From NCBI RefSeq assembly GCF_001447785.1, contig NW_015168653.1:1-64000 (forward strand): a stretch of 64,000 nt of DNA, read 5' to 3'. The notes beneath the pieces are model-generated. The model was given only the letters and a program-made list of their open reading frames with translations, searched no databases and was not told where the DNA came from. How positions within the stretch are numbered: the stretch's first letter is position 1; each line of letters opens with the position of its first letter. The position numbers and the translations under genes were made by a program. The stretch is from Gekko japonicus. Taxonomy: Eukaryota. Of this stretch, positions 13,458 to 27,752 are shown piece by piece.

Positions 13458-14912
13458 TTTTTTTTTGCTGTCAAGTCACAGCAGACTTATGGTGACCCCA
13501 TAGGGCAGGGGTGTCAAACTCATTTGTTATGAGGGCCGGATCTGACATAAATGAGACCTTGTTGGGCCGGGCCATGTGTGTCATAAAATGTAATGCCAGG
13601 TAGTGGAGATATAAACTTTATGAAGGACACGAACACAATTAAAGATTTTTTTTCACTTAAAACATGCTTAAAACATTGCAATATTGCTATGTTTTATTTG
13701 CAATATTTTGCATTATTTGCAATATTTTGTTTATTTAACAGTGTCTGATAACTGACACCTCTTCTCTGAATTATTGCATCAAAATGTCTGTGCTGTTGCA
13801 ATCTTGAGTATGCTGTTCAAGTGTGTATCTGTAAGCTGCAAACCTACTTTTAATTTATTGACATTCACTACAGAAAACTCATGTTTAGAGTTCTGATCCC
13901 AGGACCCAGGGGAAAACATCAAATGGCTGGGCATTGCAATCTTTTATAGATAAATTGCTTCGTGTGTTGGTCAAGAACATGAGAAGGCACCATGACACAG
14001 ACTGAGGGCTATGTGTTTGTCTACAAAACTAGTCTTCCTCAGTGGTCAGTATCAGCCTACTATCTGGGAAGTCTAAGTTCAAAATCCCTTAAGGAAATGT
14101 GCTGGGTGAACTTGGTCTGGACACACACTCTCAGCCTAATCCATCTCACTGGCTTGTTGTTATTCCTCATCTAAATAGTTCACATGGGTTTCCTACTGAG
14201 AAAGACCAGATCATGAGGGCATGAATACAGTGAAAAGGGGGAGGGAACCCAGTTGCACCCAGAAGAGCTACAGCATAACAAGCTCAACAAAACAAAACAC
14301 TGTAGCAAGGCACACAAAAGGTCATACCTTGGATAAAACTTTGTTGGTCTTAAAGGTTGTTTGAATTTCTCCCACACGATTGAGGCAGCCAAGCAGAGCT
14401 TGGCTTCCTTCCCTCCCTTTGGGAGAGCCTCAGCCAATGGAGGGGAAGAAAGGCTTACTTTTCTTTCCTGTGCAATTGACGCAGCCTGGCCAAGAAGCAA
14501 GTTCTGGCTCATTCCCTCCCTCCGCCTGGGAGGGGGAGGAGCCTCAGCCAGAGCAGGAAATAGAAGCTTGCCTATCTTTCCTGAGCAATCGAGAGAGTAT
14601 GAGGAAGCAAGCTATGATGCAGATGCAGCAGCAGCAGCAGAACTGGAAGAAGCAGGAAACAGCCAATTCCACTGCAGGTTTGATAGAAGCCCTCCAGGGG
14701 CCTGCTTTGGCCCATGGGCCGCATGTTTGACACCCCTGCCATAGGGTTTTCAAGGTAAGAGACATTCAGAGGTGGTTTGCCATTGCCTGCCTCTGTGTAG
14801 TGACCCTGGTATTCCTTCGTGGTCTCCCATCCAAATACTAACCAGGACTGACCCTGCTTAGCTTCCGAGATCTGATGAGATTGGGGTAGCCTGAGCTATC
14901 TAGGTCAGGGCA
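13458..14912 (-). mobile_element. 5S rRNA-derived SINE split by the hAT element at 13506-14738
   Basis: The two halves join seamlessly across the TSD; the reverse strand has near-intact agctaagcagggtcagtcctggttagtatttggatgggagacc. Confidence 0.85.
13506..14738. mobile_element. Non-autonomous hAT (Charlie-like) element, 1233 bp
   Basis: TIRs CAGGGGTGTCAAAC / GTTTGACACCCCTG; exact TSD CCATAGGG (13498-505, 14739-46). Confidence 0.92.
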
Positions 14913-15507
14913 AGCAAGTACTAGCAAATACTAAATCAAAGCATGGACATATAGCACATTCCTTTCCAATATAACAACCACATCCCAAAATTAAGCAGAG
15001 CTACTCCAGCTTGTAGCAGGAATTACTTTTTAGCTAGAGGTATAAATGTGGGGAAAACGGGGAACAGGACAAAGGAGAAGTGGGTCTATTTGGAGCAGAG
15101 GTGCCCAGTCTTCCAGAGGCAAGGCCTAAATAGCAGAGAGGAGCAAAACGCCAGTTCTCTGTGTGGTGCAATGTAGGTTGGAAAATAAGTAGAAATAGAT
15201 TAAGATGGGGAGCAAAGATATACCATTCCTAGTCTGTGTAGAAATCAGTTGAAAGAAGGAAGGATCCAGTGGGATAGACGCCCGAGTTGCAGTCCAATTA
15301 GTGCAAGATGTATCCATGGTCAGGCTGAGATTTTCTTTCTCTCAAGCCGAGCTAGTTATGCTGTTTGGGGCCCATAGGATAACATGGGTTCTTTTCAGAA
15401 AATGAAGGATTGCAACAGAGGGTAAAGGAATGGCTTGGCAATTGAGTGAATTATAGCAGTGGGAATTTATTTATTGGATTAACAGGGAAAGGCAACAGGA
15501 AGAGAAG

Positions 15508-15795
15508 TAGGGTTTCCAGGTCCCCTCGCCGTCATGGCAGGGAGATTTGGGGGGCATTCCAGAGTTGGACGCAACATCCCCAATGCAATGACATCACCCA
15601 GAAGTGACATCATTGCATCAGCGACGTCACACATGGTTTGGGGGCAAAACTCTATGGGGTTTTTTGTCTTCAAAAGCATGGAGTTTGCCCAAAAACCAGA
15701 GCATCACTGTGCAGTGTCCCTGTTTGGGGGTGGGGTTTCCCTGCCAACCAGTTTGGGGGTGGACTCTTGTTGGGACCTGGGGGCTGGCAACCCTA
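15508..15795. mobile_element. hAT (Blackjack-like) MITE
   Basis: TIRs TAGGGTTTCCAG / CTGGCAACCCTA; exact TSD AAGAGAAG. Confidence 0.9.
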
Positions 15796-16935
15796 AAGAG
15801 AAGTTATTGACTAAGTTATAATTCAGAATTACAAAACTGGAGACCTGATGCTGAGTGATATAGTCAGTCATATATTCAGTCACATATGGGAGGAGGCATC
15901 ATTGTCTTCTGTCGTGGTGTGGCTCGATCACTTTCATAACTTGCCCAGTGTGCTCAGCTCATTCTCACTAGTTTCTCCTGCCATCTTGAGACACAAACAT
16001 GGTGATTGTTCCCATGCTCTGGACTTTTCTCATGGGGGCTGGGACTTTCTCATGGTGTTGCAGCGCATACCTTTGGCCTGGCTGTCTGTGTGCACAGATG
16101 AAAATAGGGGGCTGGCAACAAGTACAATACTAACTGTCTGACCTTGGGTGTTTTTCCCCCCCATTTGTGCTGAATTCTAAGTATGTCCATCACGGCAAGC
16201 TTATTTTTGTGGGTGGTTTTGAGAACAGGAAAGCATTTTACTTGTCATTTCCTTGGTGCAGCTAATCTTTGATGCAATTTGATATTATACATAGATTTTC
16301 TATTACACAGATTCCTGGCACTTACATCTGAGTATTTCTTTCATCTTGTTCCTATATTGTGAAAGAAGCTTTTTGAAAGGACAGGAAAAGATAGTAATTT
16401 AAACAAGAACAACATCTGTCCACATAGCTCTTTTCTCGAGTTTTTACATCAGCTCCACGCCATGTGTTCTCTGAAAAAGCTCTGTGATCCAAATGGCACA
16501 GGGCGGGCCAGGCAGCGGTCCAAAAATACTCTTCAGTTTTGTTCTGTCCAGTGAGAAAAATTCTGTTCATACATCCCACTTCCCTGGCCTTTTGTGAATG
16601 TAGTAAAAAATATTCAAGTGGAAGCTCGAATTGGATTGTTTTATATTTTTTTTAGCCTGTGAATTCATGTTAAAATTCATAGTGCAAGAAGTTTTTTAAA
16701 AAAATACCTGTGCAAAATTATGACATGAGTGTAGTGTATATTTTAGCCAGAAATAAAGAAAATGATTAGTAGTATACTTTTTTTTAACCCATGACAATTT
16801 TCACAGCAAAATGGGAGTTTTCAGGAGGATGGTTCCCTCTGAAAAAAACTACTAATATACGTATTTTTCCTTGGCTGTATGCCCCTCTTTGCAGTTTAGT
16901 TGCTATGCTCTTCTCACTCCATGAGCCCAGCCAAT

Positions 16936-17141
16936 TCGAAAGCAAGTAGATAAATAGGTACCACTTTAGTGGGAAGGTAACAGCGTTCCGTGTGCCTTGG
17001 TGTTTAGTCATGCCGGCCACATGACCATGGAAACATCTTCGGACAGCGCTGGCTCTTCGGCTTTGAAACGGAGATGAGCACCGCAACCCTAGAGTCGGAT
17101 TTGACTGGCTTTCGAGCAAGGGAACCTTTACCTTTACCTTT
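16936..17141 (+). mobile_element. Sauria SINE, 5'-truncated
   Basis: Highly similar to the 3' half of 32521-32868; (ACCTTT)n tail. Confidence 0.88.
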
Positions 17142-17324
17142 AAAGTTGGAGCTGACTCATGGTGGTGACCCCAGCAAGGGGTTTTCAAGGCAAGTGCGAA
17201 GCAAAGATAGTTTGCCATTGCCTTCCTCTGCAGACTCTTCCTAGTGGTCTCCGTTCCAAGTACCAATCCTGCTTAGCTTCCAAGATCTGACAAGATTGGG
17301 CTGTTTCATGCCGCCTTCCCTCCT
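17142..17324 (-). mobile_element. 5S rRNA-derived SINE, short-promoter subfamily
   Basis: The reverse strand reads agctaagcaggattggtacttggaacggagacc, followed by a BovB-like tail. Confidence 0.8.
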
Positions 17325-17685
17325 GCCCAGCCAATCAGGGATCATATAATTACGGAAGCGATGTCAGAACACTGTTATTTAGTCAGATTTGGCTACAGAA
17401 ACTGAACAAGTGATTGATTGGAGTGGGATAAAAATGTGTGTTCCTTATCTGTGTTGGACTAAAATTAACAGATGCATCTCATATTGCATCAGAATTTAAT
17501 AGAGATTTCAGTATCTTATATACAACTGGCTTGTCAGCATTATATCCTGATTGTATTATACCATACAGAATTTTAAGATTTTTGGTCTTTTGTTTCACAG
17601 TCTAACTAATTTTATACTATATAAACAAAAATCTCAGTTTATGAATTGTTGGCCCAAGATCCATGGTGAAGTTAGAAATCCATTA

Positions 17686-18255
17686 AGAATGTAAGAAGAG
17701 CCCTGCTAGATTGGACCAGTGGTCCAGCATCCCGTCTCACAGTGGCCAACCAGTTCCTTTGGAGGGCCAACAACAGAGCATAGAGGCCGAGACCTTCCCC
17801 TGATGTTGCCTCCTGGCACTGATACTCAGAGGTTCACGGCCTCTGAATGTGGAGGTTCCCCTCAATTTCCACAGCTAGTAGCCACCGATAGACCTATCCT
17901 CCATGAATCTATCTAATCCTCTTTTAAAGCTGTTTATTCCTGTGGCCATCACTACATCCTGTGGCAGCAAATTCCACATATTAATCACCCTCTGTGTAAA
18001 GAAGTATTTCCTTTTGTCCGTCCTAAATCTACTGCCCATCAGCTTCCTTTGATGACCTCGAGTTTTAATATTTTGGGAGAGGGAGAAAAATATTCTCTTT
18101 GTCAACTCTCTCCACCTTATGCATAATTTTATGAACCTCTATGATGTCCTCTCTTAGTTGTTACTTTTCTAAACTGAAAAGTCCTAGACTCTTCAGCCTT
18201 TCATCATAGGGAATGTGCTCCAACCCCTAATCATCTTGTTTGCCCTCCTCTGTAC
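17686..18255 (-). mobile_element. CR1 LINE 3' fragment (ORF2 C-terminus and 3' UTR)
   Basis: ORF 17875-18105 TRGHQRKLMGSRFRTDKRKYFFTQRVINMWNLLP is the canonical CR1 ORF2 end. Confidence 0.92.
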
Positions 18256-18529
18256 TAACATAATGTATTTGTAAGAGTTGGGTCTAGCCAGCTGATAGCG
18301 TCAGGAAAGAAAGTCAGAGTGGTATGCATGCTTCTGAGCATGGAAGGCTCTAATTGAGTTGGTTCTGGTTTCTGAGTTATTTAACTGGTTCCCTAACTTT
18401 TTGCATGTTTTCAAATTTTCTCATTACTGCTAGAATTCTGTGTGCATCACCAACAATTCATAGGAGTTTCTAGCCCCACTAATTCTTCTCCACATGAATG
18501 ATTATAATTCTTTTTATGTCTGATTATAA

Positions 18530-18787
<258 letters not shown>

Positions 18788-19299
18788 TAAGCATGTCAGT
18801 TTTTATGGTTATAAAGCACAGTAATAATCCTTGACTGATTTGTTCATATTTTCTGACAACATCTGACAGGCCTAGTGTATAGCATTCTGAAAGACAGTTT
18901 CCTCAAACAAAACGCCAGTCGTAATGAAACAAAGCAGGAGGCGGAGTGCAGCTGTGATTTTTCACAACAAACGGTAGTAAATGTAGACAAATTCTACCCT
19001 TTTTTCAAAATTGAAAAGAGGAATTCAAGTTCACCACCAAGTTCAGATAACGTACTTCAAATTGCACTTACTTTTTCTGAGTCGTGATACATACAAGTAC
19101 CCATTTGTTCTCTCGTAAGACTATCAAAGTCAATTTATAATCAATACTTTGGAAGCTTGCAGCTTTAAAGCAGGGAGGAGGGAAAGTGTTAGCCTGTTGA
19201 ATGTTATAACGCTATAGTCAGGCTCAAGGCCTTTGTTGCTACAGTTTATCACTAAGAAGAACCACCCGGAATTCCAAATACCTAACAGGAGAGCATGAC

Positions 19300-19368
19300 A
19301 TTCCCTTCTCTACAGAAGAAAATTGTAATATATAATATTCCCTTCTCTACAGAAGAAAATTGTAATAT
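19300..19368. repeat. 32-bp direct duplication with a 5-bp spacer
   Basis: attcccttctctacagaagaaaattgtaatat at 19300-31 and 19337-68. Confidence 0.9.
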
Positions 19369-19979
19369 TGTTCAGCAGAAGTTCCAATGTCTACAGAGTC
19401 AGCAGTTCTGAAAACAAGGGCGCAATGATTTATTTACTTAACTAGTGAAATGCCCATCATTATTAGGATCAGGATGTGTCTGCCAGGGGCAAAATATTGG
19501 TTCTGCCTTTGCCTCAAGAGTGTGTTGTAATTTTTGCAGCCTTTCACTTGTGTGGGAGAATGTAAAATGCTGCATTTGGAAGCAAATGGCTGCCCCCCCT
19601 TCCCCTGTGACCCAAACTATTAAGAATCAAACCTGCTCCTATGTGCATAGCCCAGTTCCCTTTCATGGTTGCACTGTAATGTGATGGAATATTAAGAAAT
19701 TGCCTGTTAGACAGAACATTACATGTCACTGTACAAAGTCTTGTGTGGCAGATTCTGAAGCAATTAAAAAAATGATGCATCAAACACCCCTCCAATTCGG
19801 AAGGTGTAAAGCCAGCACTCTCCTGGAGTTTTCTTCCAGATTAGGTGGAGAATGCGCTCCTTGGTGATATCCCAAACTCACTGCCTTCCTCACTCTCTTC
19901 ATTGCACAGTTCCCTCCTGGGAGGTATAACTATTTGGGCAGCCTGGTGAACTGCAGTCATTTGTGTTCCCGCTTTATAT

Positions 19980-20245
19980 TTGTTTATTTAGTTTATTAAA
20001 ACATTTATGTCCCACCTTTCCTTGCAGTTCCAGGTGGCTTACAGTAATAATTATAAACATTTTCTGTTAAAGCCGAAAACAAAATAGCAAACCCACAATC
20101 TCCCCCCCCCCTTAAAAGATGCCTGACACTCCACATCAAAAGCCCTGGAAAACAGGCAGTCTTTGCAGCGCCTCTTGAAGATCTCCAGGGGGGGGGGGGC
20201 TCCCCTCTTCAGTGAGGCCATTCCACAGAGCTGGAGCCACAGTGG
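19980..20245 (-). mobile_element. L2-like LINE 3' end, degraded
   Basis: (TTTA)n tail followed by sequence resembling the L2 end seen at 51698-52207. Confidence 0.5.
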
Positions 20246-20999
20246 TTCATGACTAACAAGATATACCCCAAAAGCTCACATCAATCTGAATTCCAAGTCT
20301 TTTAATAGCAAATCGTCATGGGTGCAAGACAGTTACTTCTGTTTTTGAAAACATCAGGTGTTTCAATTGTACCCAAATGCTATGCAAAGCATTCAATACA
20401 TTTTTTAAAATGTTGGTAGTTTTGAGTACTTTGACAGGCATATGAAATGCAAATTATCTAACCCACACCACTTTGGAATAAATTAAAATATATTTAAACT
20501 CTGTAATTGTTAATCTCATAATGGAACATTGGAAAGTGTTTACATCCTGCAAGATCGTGAGCATTTTTTGTTTTAGTGTGTGGGGGGGAAATCCCAACTT
20601 TTCTCTGGCCTTGAGATTCTGTTTGCTTATTTTTGTATTGTGGGGATATCAAAACAAGCGACCCACAGCTATGTTTCAAGTAGATGGTTTCCACAAACTA
20701 CGCAATGAACATTCAGGTTTTTCTTCAGACAACGAGATTGCCGTGAGTACAGGAGCCAGTAATCCAGCCAGGCCAAAATGGTTGTGTGAATACGTTCTAG
20801 GTGCTATGAACACAGGGACTTATCACCTAGTATCTTTCCTGTGATAGAAGGGCTCTTCGCTTGGTGGAAAGGAGGGTGATTTCTGCCTTTTCCCCCCTTC
20901 CAACACCTGCCCCTACTTTCCCCTATAAGGCAGTCATGAGGCATCAGCTCTCCACAGGATCAAAATTCATGGAGTAGTCAGTGGATTAGAGGGAACTAA

Positions 21000-21293
<294 letters not shown>

Positions 21294-22981
21294 TAAAGGG
21301 GCAACTGGGCTTTATTTTGGATGTATTCCAATGAAAGATCCATATGTGAACATTTGGTCATCCGAGTAAGTTGACCTTGATGAAATATTTAACAAAATTA
21401 TAAAGGGGAAAAATATAGAGTCACTCAAAAGGTTAGTAAGAAAGAAGCCCCTAAAGTTCAATATGGCTTGAGTGTCTCCTTGAGTGTCTAAAATCTTGGT
21501 CCCCTGGGGTTTACATCAGAATAGCCTCTTCAATCCCATTCCATATTGGATCACCTTGGAAAAATTAGTCTTTTTTAGACAAAGAACCAACTGTTTTGGG
21601 CCAGACCACCTATTTGTCATGGAAGTTCAGAATCATTAATGTCTACTTGCTGGGGCGAGACCATCATTTTAGTAATTTTCTACTTGGTGAAGCTAGCCTC
21701 TGAGATAAGAGATGAGACTTTATATTGGAGAGGCTAGATCAGGTAGTCACTCTTAGTGAGGAGGCTGACTTAGGGCAGATTCCATTGACCATGAGTATCT
21801 GTGCATTTGGGATTTTCTCTCTTTTCCATTTGGAACAATGTGAAATCTGGTGACCCAAGGATGGTGGGTGGGGGTTAAGTATTCCTCCATCAACTTGGAG
21901 CTGCAAGGAACTCTGTACATGTTCTGAGAAATCTACTACAGCCTAGGTGATGTGAACACGGTTCAGTTAGAGACCAGCTTTATGGCAGCTTTTATTTGAA
22001 AATCTGTGCGCTGCATTGTTGTGTATCTCTCTCCCCCCCCCCATATCTTTGTCCTACACCTTTTTGGAATCCAACCACTGTTCCCCCCCCTTCCCTACAA
22101 TAAACTTTTCTTTTTATATTTTTGGTCTTTGTTTAGTACAATATATTTCTATTGATCTCTTCCCTATGTGCCAGGCTGTAGAGGCACTACGTCATTTACT
22201 ATAAGGTCTTCAAGGTTTCCACCCTGTTATTTTGTTAATGTTCTACAATTGTGCTAGAAGGACAACTTCTCAGCAGGTCAATATAGATGTTCTCAGGTGG
22301 TACCTGAGTGGTGGCAGCTGGTTACCAGGGTGCTTTCCAGGGAGCCCATGGTCTAAGGGAGTTTCCCAACAGGGAAAGGCACCTTTTCCCTTTCTTCCAT
22401 CTAGTTTAATGTTCTGCACAATGCAGGAAATTCACAAATACCTCCCCCCAGCACACACACCCAGTGACCCTTGCTCCAGGCCCAGAAGATAACAAAAAAA
22501 CAACAACCCTCCAGGATCTCTGGCTGGCCTGGAGAAAAATTGCTTCCCGACCCCAAAGTGGCAATCAGCATTTCCCTGGGCGTGTAAGAAAGGGCCATGA
22601 GAATCACGCATATTGAACTCAGTGTTGTTTTGTTTATCTTGAATATTAGGGCTGAATGACAAAGGGTGAACTCTTCGCACACTTACTTGTAAGTAAAGCC
22701 CTTTGAATTCAGTACTGTTTTCTTCCAAGAAAGCACTTGTAGGGTCAGGTTGATGTGCCGTCTGTTCAAAACGAATGAGTCAACTGCAAAAAAAAAAAGA
22801 TAAAGTACCTGCCTGCCTTGGATTATGAAAAGACTGCGGAGGGTGTGGCCATTATACCAACAACAGGAAGTGCAGCATCTGTGACAGCTGATTGGAAGGT
22901 TTTAGAATACCACCTATGCCTCCTCGCTGCTACGGTGAGAGAGCCCAGGAGCCAAAGGACAATCCCACAGTCAACCTCAAG

Positions 22982-23219
22982 TAGGGTTGCCAAATGATTT
23001 TTACCTGGCGGCGGGGGGCTCCCGGCTGGCGACCCTGAGCACGCGTTTTCCCCTCAAATGGCTGTGGCCCCGCCCCCAGCGTACCTGGCGTCATGACGTC
23101 ACATCTGGGTGACGTGGACGCCGGGGTGGGGTTTCCCCCGGGGGCCGATTCTGCGGGGGCGGAAATCGGACCTCCAAAGCGGGGGAAAATCCGCCCTCCG
23201 GGGGGATTTGGCAGCCCTA
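22982..23219. mobile_element. hAT (Blackjack-like) MITE, CpG-rich
   Basis: TIRs TAGGGTTGCCAAAT / ATTTGGCAGCCCTA; exact TSD ACCTCAAG. Confidence 0.92.
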
Positions 23220-24383
23220 ACCTCAAGTGAGGAAATATTGCCCAGTAGTCAATGATGGCACCTAGAAGCTTTAGCAGCTGCTTTGGAGAGTAGGGAGGGA
23301 GGACAGGGACCATTTATGTTGAATTTCTTCAGCATCTATGTAAAAACTCAGTTTTTACTAGCATCCTAGAAATTAGGGTATATGTAAGATTTTTTTTACA
23401 TGGTTATCAAGAAGAGGGTGATTTATACACTTATCAGCTAGGAACACACAAAATCTGGCACTTAAAAAAAATGAAAAATAGTACAGTGAAATTTCCTTCC
23501 CCAGACCTTGCTCTTGCCCTTGTAGGTATTTTTCCTGAACCCATAAGTAACTGACCTTGCAAAAAGTTGACACTTTTTAAAATGTCAGTTGCCAGGTTAA
23601 TCAATTGCCCTGATGGAAAAGCTTGCACACAAAACCAGATTGATCAAATGTCAAGCATGTCCAGAAGACTTCCACTCAGTCTTGCACCTTGTTTTTTCTC
23701 TCTCATATTAACTCATATCTCTCCCTGCTCACCGTCACCCAGCATACGCAGTCATTTGGGTTGAACATAACATTTTGCATATTTGGCCATCGAGCATAAT
23801 GCATGCCTGAGATCTGTAGGTCATAGGCATATATCATAAATAGTCCGATATCATTAAAGTTATCTTGTTTTTTTTAATGGCTTAATGTTTAGCTGCTTGT
23901 TTGAGGGACATGATGATGGTGAAGCTTCATACTTGGTGGGCAGTAGCAGATCGAAGGTTAAGAATCACTGTTCTTGGAAGGAACACACTTTCCCTAAGGG
24001 GTACCTTCACAGCTTGGCACTACCATTGGGTCTTTTTCTGTACTGATATCAGGTTGGATCCAACCAGCTTTTCTGATGGGGGAAAGGGGGCCCTGTTTGG
24101 CCACCCAAAAAGTCTGTGTGGAAAAATCATGGGACTTGCATGTACAAAAGCCATGTGAACAGGGGCTGTAGTAGGGAGAGGATTGGGTAAGACTGAATGA
24201 AACAGATGGCTTCACGCAGCCTGTCAGCTATGACAAGTAGCATCTTTTAAATGATGTTGGCTGATGAATCAGCTGGGGGCCCTTCTGGGGGGGGGGGCGC
24301 ATCTGACCATAAATACCACCTGCTCAGATTACATCCAAGTTAGATTACTGTACTGCTTTTGTAATGTTGGGCTGCCTTTGAAA

Positions 24384-24595
24384 TAGCTCAGGCAAGCCCA
24401 GTCTCATCAGATCTCGGAAGCTAAGCAGGGCTGACCCTGGCAAATACTTGTAAGGGCAACCTCCAAAAGAATACCAGGGCTGGGACGCAAAGGCAGGCAA
24501 ATATACCACTTGTCTGAAAACGTCCTAGCCTCACTAGGGGTCACCAGAAGTCACTGTGACTTCCAGGCATGCAAGCACACACACACACACACACA
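24384..24595 (+). mobile_element. 5S rRNA-derived SINE with (CA)n tail, inserted in a degraded L2 (about 24325-24870)
   Basis: tcagatctcggaagctaagcagggctg matches 5S; the flanks resemble L2 ORF2 (ITSKLDYC...GLPL). Confidence 0.75.
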
Positions 24596-25267
24596 TAATA
24601 CCCCCCAAAAAAGATTGCTCAGAATATTCACTTTGGTCAGAATATAGCCACAAGAGTGGTAAAGGCTACTGAGAATGTATCTCACCAGTATTGGTACCAG
24701 TCTGCTTCGTGGCACAACTCAGAGTGGTGGTTCTTACCTTTAAAACAATGAATGATTGGGTACCCAGTGTTGCTTGAGATCTTTTGTCAGATACCCTGCT
24801 CTGTGGGCCCCATCCTTAGAAATGATATGAGCAGTTACCATTGTGGCATGTCACTTACGGAACTTCCTTCATCCATTTCTTTTGGTACATATGCTTTTGT
24901 ATTTCTGGTACCAGATGAAGGTTATTGATTTTAATTTTTCAAGGCTTTTAGTGGCGAATTATTGTTACTGTTGATTTTGATGCCTATGTTTTTCTGCTGC
25001 TGTATTATTATTTCTCTTTGGCTGAAGTTGACTCCTGACATTCCACTACTGTTGGTTTCAATTTAAAATACTAATAATTTTACTTCGTATCATATGGCAG
25101 TTAACAAGTGTTCAAAGTGCTTCACAAACAACTTTTTGCTGGAATCTATATGACAACCTTACAAGATAAAGGAGTGTTATTTTCTCCATAAAGTAGATGC
25201 TAGCATGGTGTTATAGTTAGAGTGTTGGGGGTTGGACTGTGGAAATCAAGGTTCAGATCCTTGCTAA

Positions 25268-25465
25268 GACACACACACACACACAAAGCTGCCTTATACT
25301 GAATCAGTCCCTTGGTCCATCAAAGTTAGTACTGCCTACTCAGACTGGCAGCAGCTCTCCAGGCTCTCAAGGAGAAGTCTTTCACACCTGGAGATGATGG
25401 GAAATGAACTTGGGACCTTCTGCATGCCAAACAGATGCTCTACCACTGAGCCGTGGCCCCTCCCC
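25268..25465 (-). mobile_element. tRNA-derived SINE (Squam2-like) nested in an older Squam3-like SINE (about 25200-25625)
   Basis: Reverse strand ggggaggggccacggctcagtggtagagcatctg...gcagaaggtcccaagttc is a tRNA-type head; (TG)n tail. Confidence 0.75.
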
Positions 25466-27594
25466 ATCAAGCTCATTGGGTTACCATGAGACATTTACTG
25501 TTTCAGCCTGACCAACCACACAGAGTGGCTGTGAGGATAAAGTAGAGGAGGAGAGAACCACGTACACTGCCCTGAACTCTGCAAAGAAAGGGGGTGGGGT
25601 AAAATATGGCAGACAGGTAGACAAATGGTGGTGGGGAGGGTTGTGTGTTGGGAGAGAATGGTTTGCACCCACCTAATGAGTTCGTGGCAGAGATAAGATT
25701 TGAATTGGGAACATCCTGCTATGTATTTTAGTTTGTCTTTAGTTTAGTGTTCTGTATTTATCACGTGAAAGCTGCTGCATTGAGTCACTTTAAAAAATGA
25801 AATAAAAAACATTGACCCACCATTCTAGGTCTTGTGATTGGCCTGCACTGTACTGTATTGCATTATGCTGGGTTTGTACCCTGATGAGGAATCCTACTGA
25901 TTTGAACTTACTGCTGTCCATCAAGTGCTATGACCAATCAACCAAGAGGGGGCAAGGAGGGCCAGGAAACAGTGGGGGAACTCACCAGCCAACTCTTTGA
26001 CTGCAGGCTTCTAATTATCAAGCATTGCAATGCAGACAAGCTCTTGCTATCAAATTCAAATCCAATTGCTTGCTTTCTTTATTTGCCAACCCAGGAAACA
26101 GAACTGCAACATTTTTAGGTTAAATAGATTACTTGGCATGATAAGAAAGTTCAGAAAGAGAAAGCCGTTTCAGTGAGCTAAGCCAAAACAATGGTTCCTG
26201 GAGAGACAAAAAAATAAAAATAAAATAAATCTAGATTCCACCATGCTACAATGAATTTCTGCTTTAAAAAAAAAACAACAACGAAAAGCCCAGCCACTCT
26301 CATACATTATTTATAAACAAATTTGAAGTGAATGACAAGTAATTAATAATACATAAAGGGTAAATAATGAATGGTGCAGATAAATGTTTAAAAAATCGTA
26401 AGCCAGGATGCAGTCAACTGAGAAAAGGTTCTGTCTTCTGAAGTTATGGAAATACGAATATTTCCATATTCAGCAAATGAGACTCAGCAAAAATCCATCC
26501 AGGAAAAAAGTGCCGACTCTGAAATATCTTTTGATTATATAAGATTTTTAGATTTTAGCACATAAAGAATTTCCTGATTCCACGGTAGCCATAAGCTGTG
26601 AAAGTGAGCCATTTATGGGGCATGCTAGAATTCACAAGTGTTAAGACAATGAATGCCAGCTCGTATTAAGTCATAGTACATAGGCCCTGTTTATTTCAAC
26701 AAAGCAGAAGAATACTCCAGTACATATTTTCATACATAGCTTACTATCAACTAGTAAATATCCAAAGACAGATAAAAAGAGGCACACTCAACTAGAGGCT
26801 GCCCAAAACTCTTCTACAGCCTCCAGATTTAATAATTCTAAACACATTTTTTTGTCTGGGACCATTTGGTTGATTTGTTCCTTGTAGGCAATTTATTTCC
26901 AAGTGTAGTAATGGGGGGGGCACAGGTTCCAATCCCCACCCACCTATGAAATTCACTTAAAAGTGTTGGGATAGTCACTCTCTCAACATATAATGTACTT
27001 CATGAGTTGGCTGCGAGGATAAAATAGTGAAGGGGATACCACGTATGTTATTCTGAGCTCCTTGGAGAAGGGGTGGGATACATATGTAATATATCACTTC
27101 CGCATGGGTTGTCTTTTGCCTACATATCTCCCAAGTCCCACATGGAACTTCCATTATGGGCGACCAGTATGGCTGAACACAGGGCTTTTTTCTTTTCTTT
27201 TTTACAAAAAAAAGAGGTCCCAGAACTCTCAAGAAGGAAATGAAGTTTTCAGTCTGTATACTAAAGGCTCATGAACTTTTAAACATTTTTAAAAGAATTT
27301 TGTCAAGGAGGTTCTGGAACTCCATTCCGGCACGTTCCCCCAGGAAAAAAGCCCTGGCTGAACACCTCATCATTCAACCCAATGGTTCTTAAGCATTTTG
27401 AAGCGGGATCCACTTCTAAACTTGAAGTAGTTTCTGCGACCCTCTTGTAAAGGAATGCCATGCTACGTTCCCCCTCCCCAACAAAAAAAAGCAGGACTCT
27501 TACATCAGTTAACACTGGACAAGCATGTGTTTTCCTTTTCATGGCTAGTATTTATAAAGATAGACACTTGTTTACACTATAAAGATACACTATA

Positions 27595-27752
27595 GTGGTG
27601 CTTGGGGGGGTCAACAGTGGGCTTCTAATGTCCTGGCCCCACTGGTGGACCTCCTGATGGCACTGGTATTTCTGGCCACTGTCTGATACAGAGTGTTGGG
27701 CTGGATGGGCCTTTGGCCTGATCCAACATTGGCGTCTCTTATGTTCTTATGT
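27595..27752 (+). mobile_element. CR1 3' UTR fragment
   Basis: Same subfamily as 6245-6443 and 43429-43668; ends (ttcttatg)n. Confidence 0.85.

Noticed and set aside
14747-14912. 5S-like sequences as true 5S rRNA genes
   Set aside because: They lack the 5S 5' end and terminator, are diverged, and are fused to a LINE-like tail, so they are SINEs.
25400-25465. tRNA-like heads (also 3044, 32521, 50036, 58483) as tRNA genes
   Set aside because: No complete cloverleaf; each continues into a SINE body and tail.
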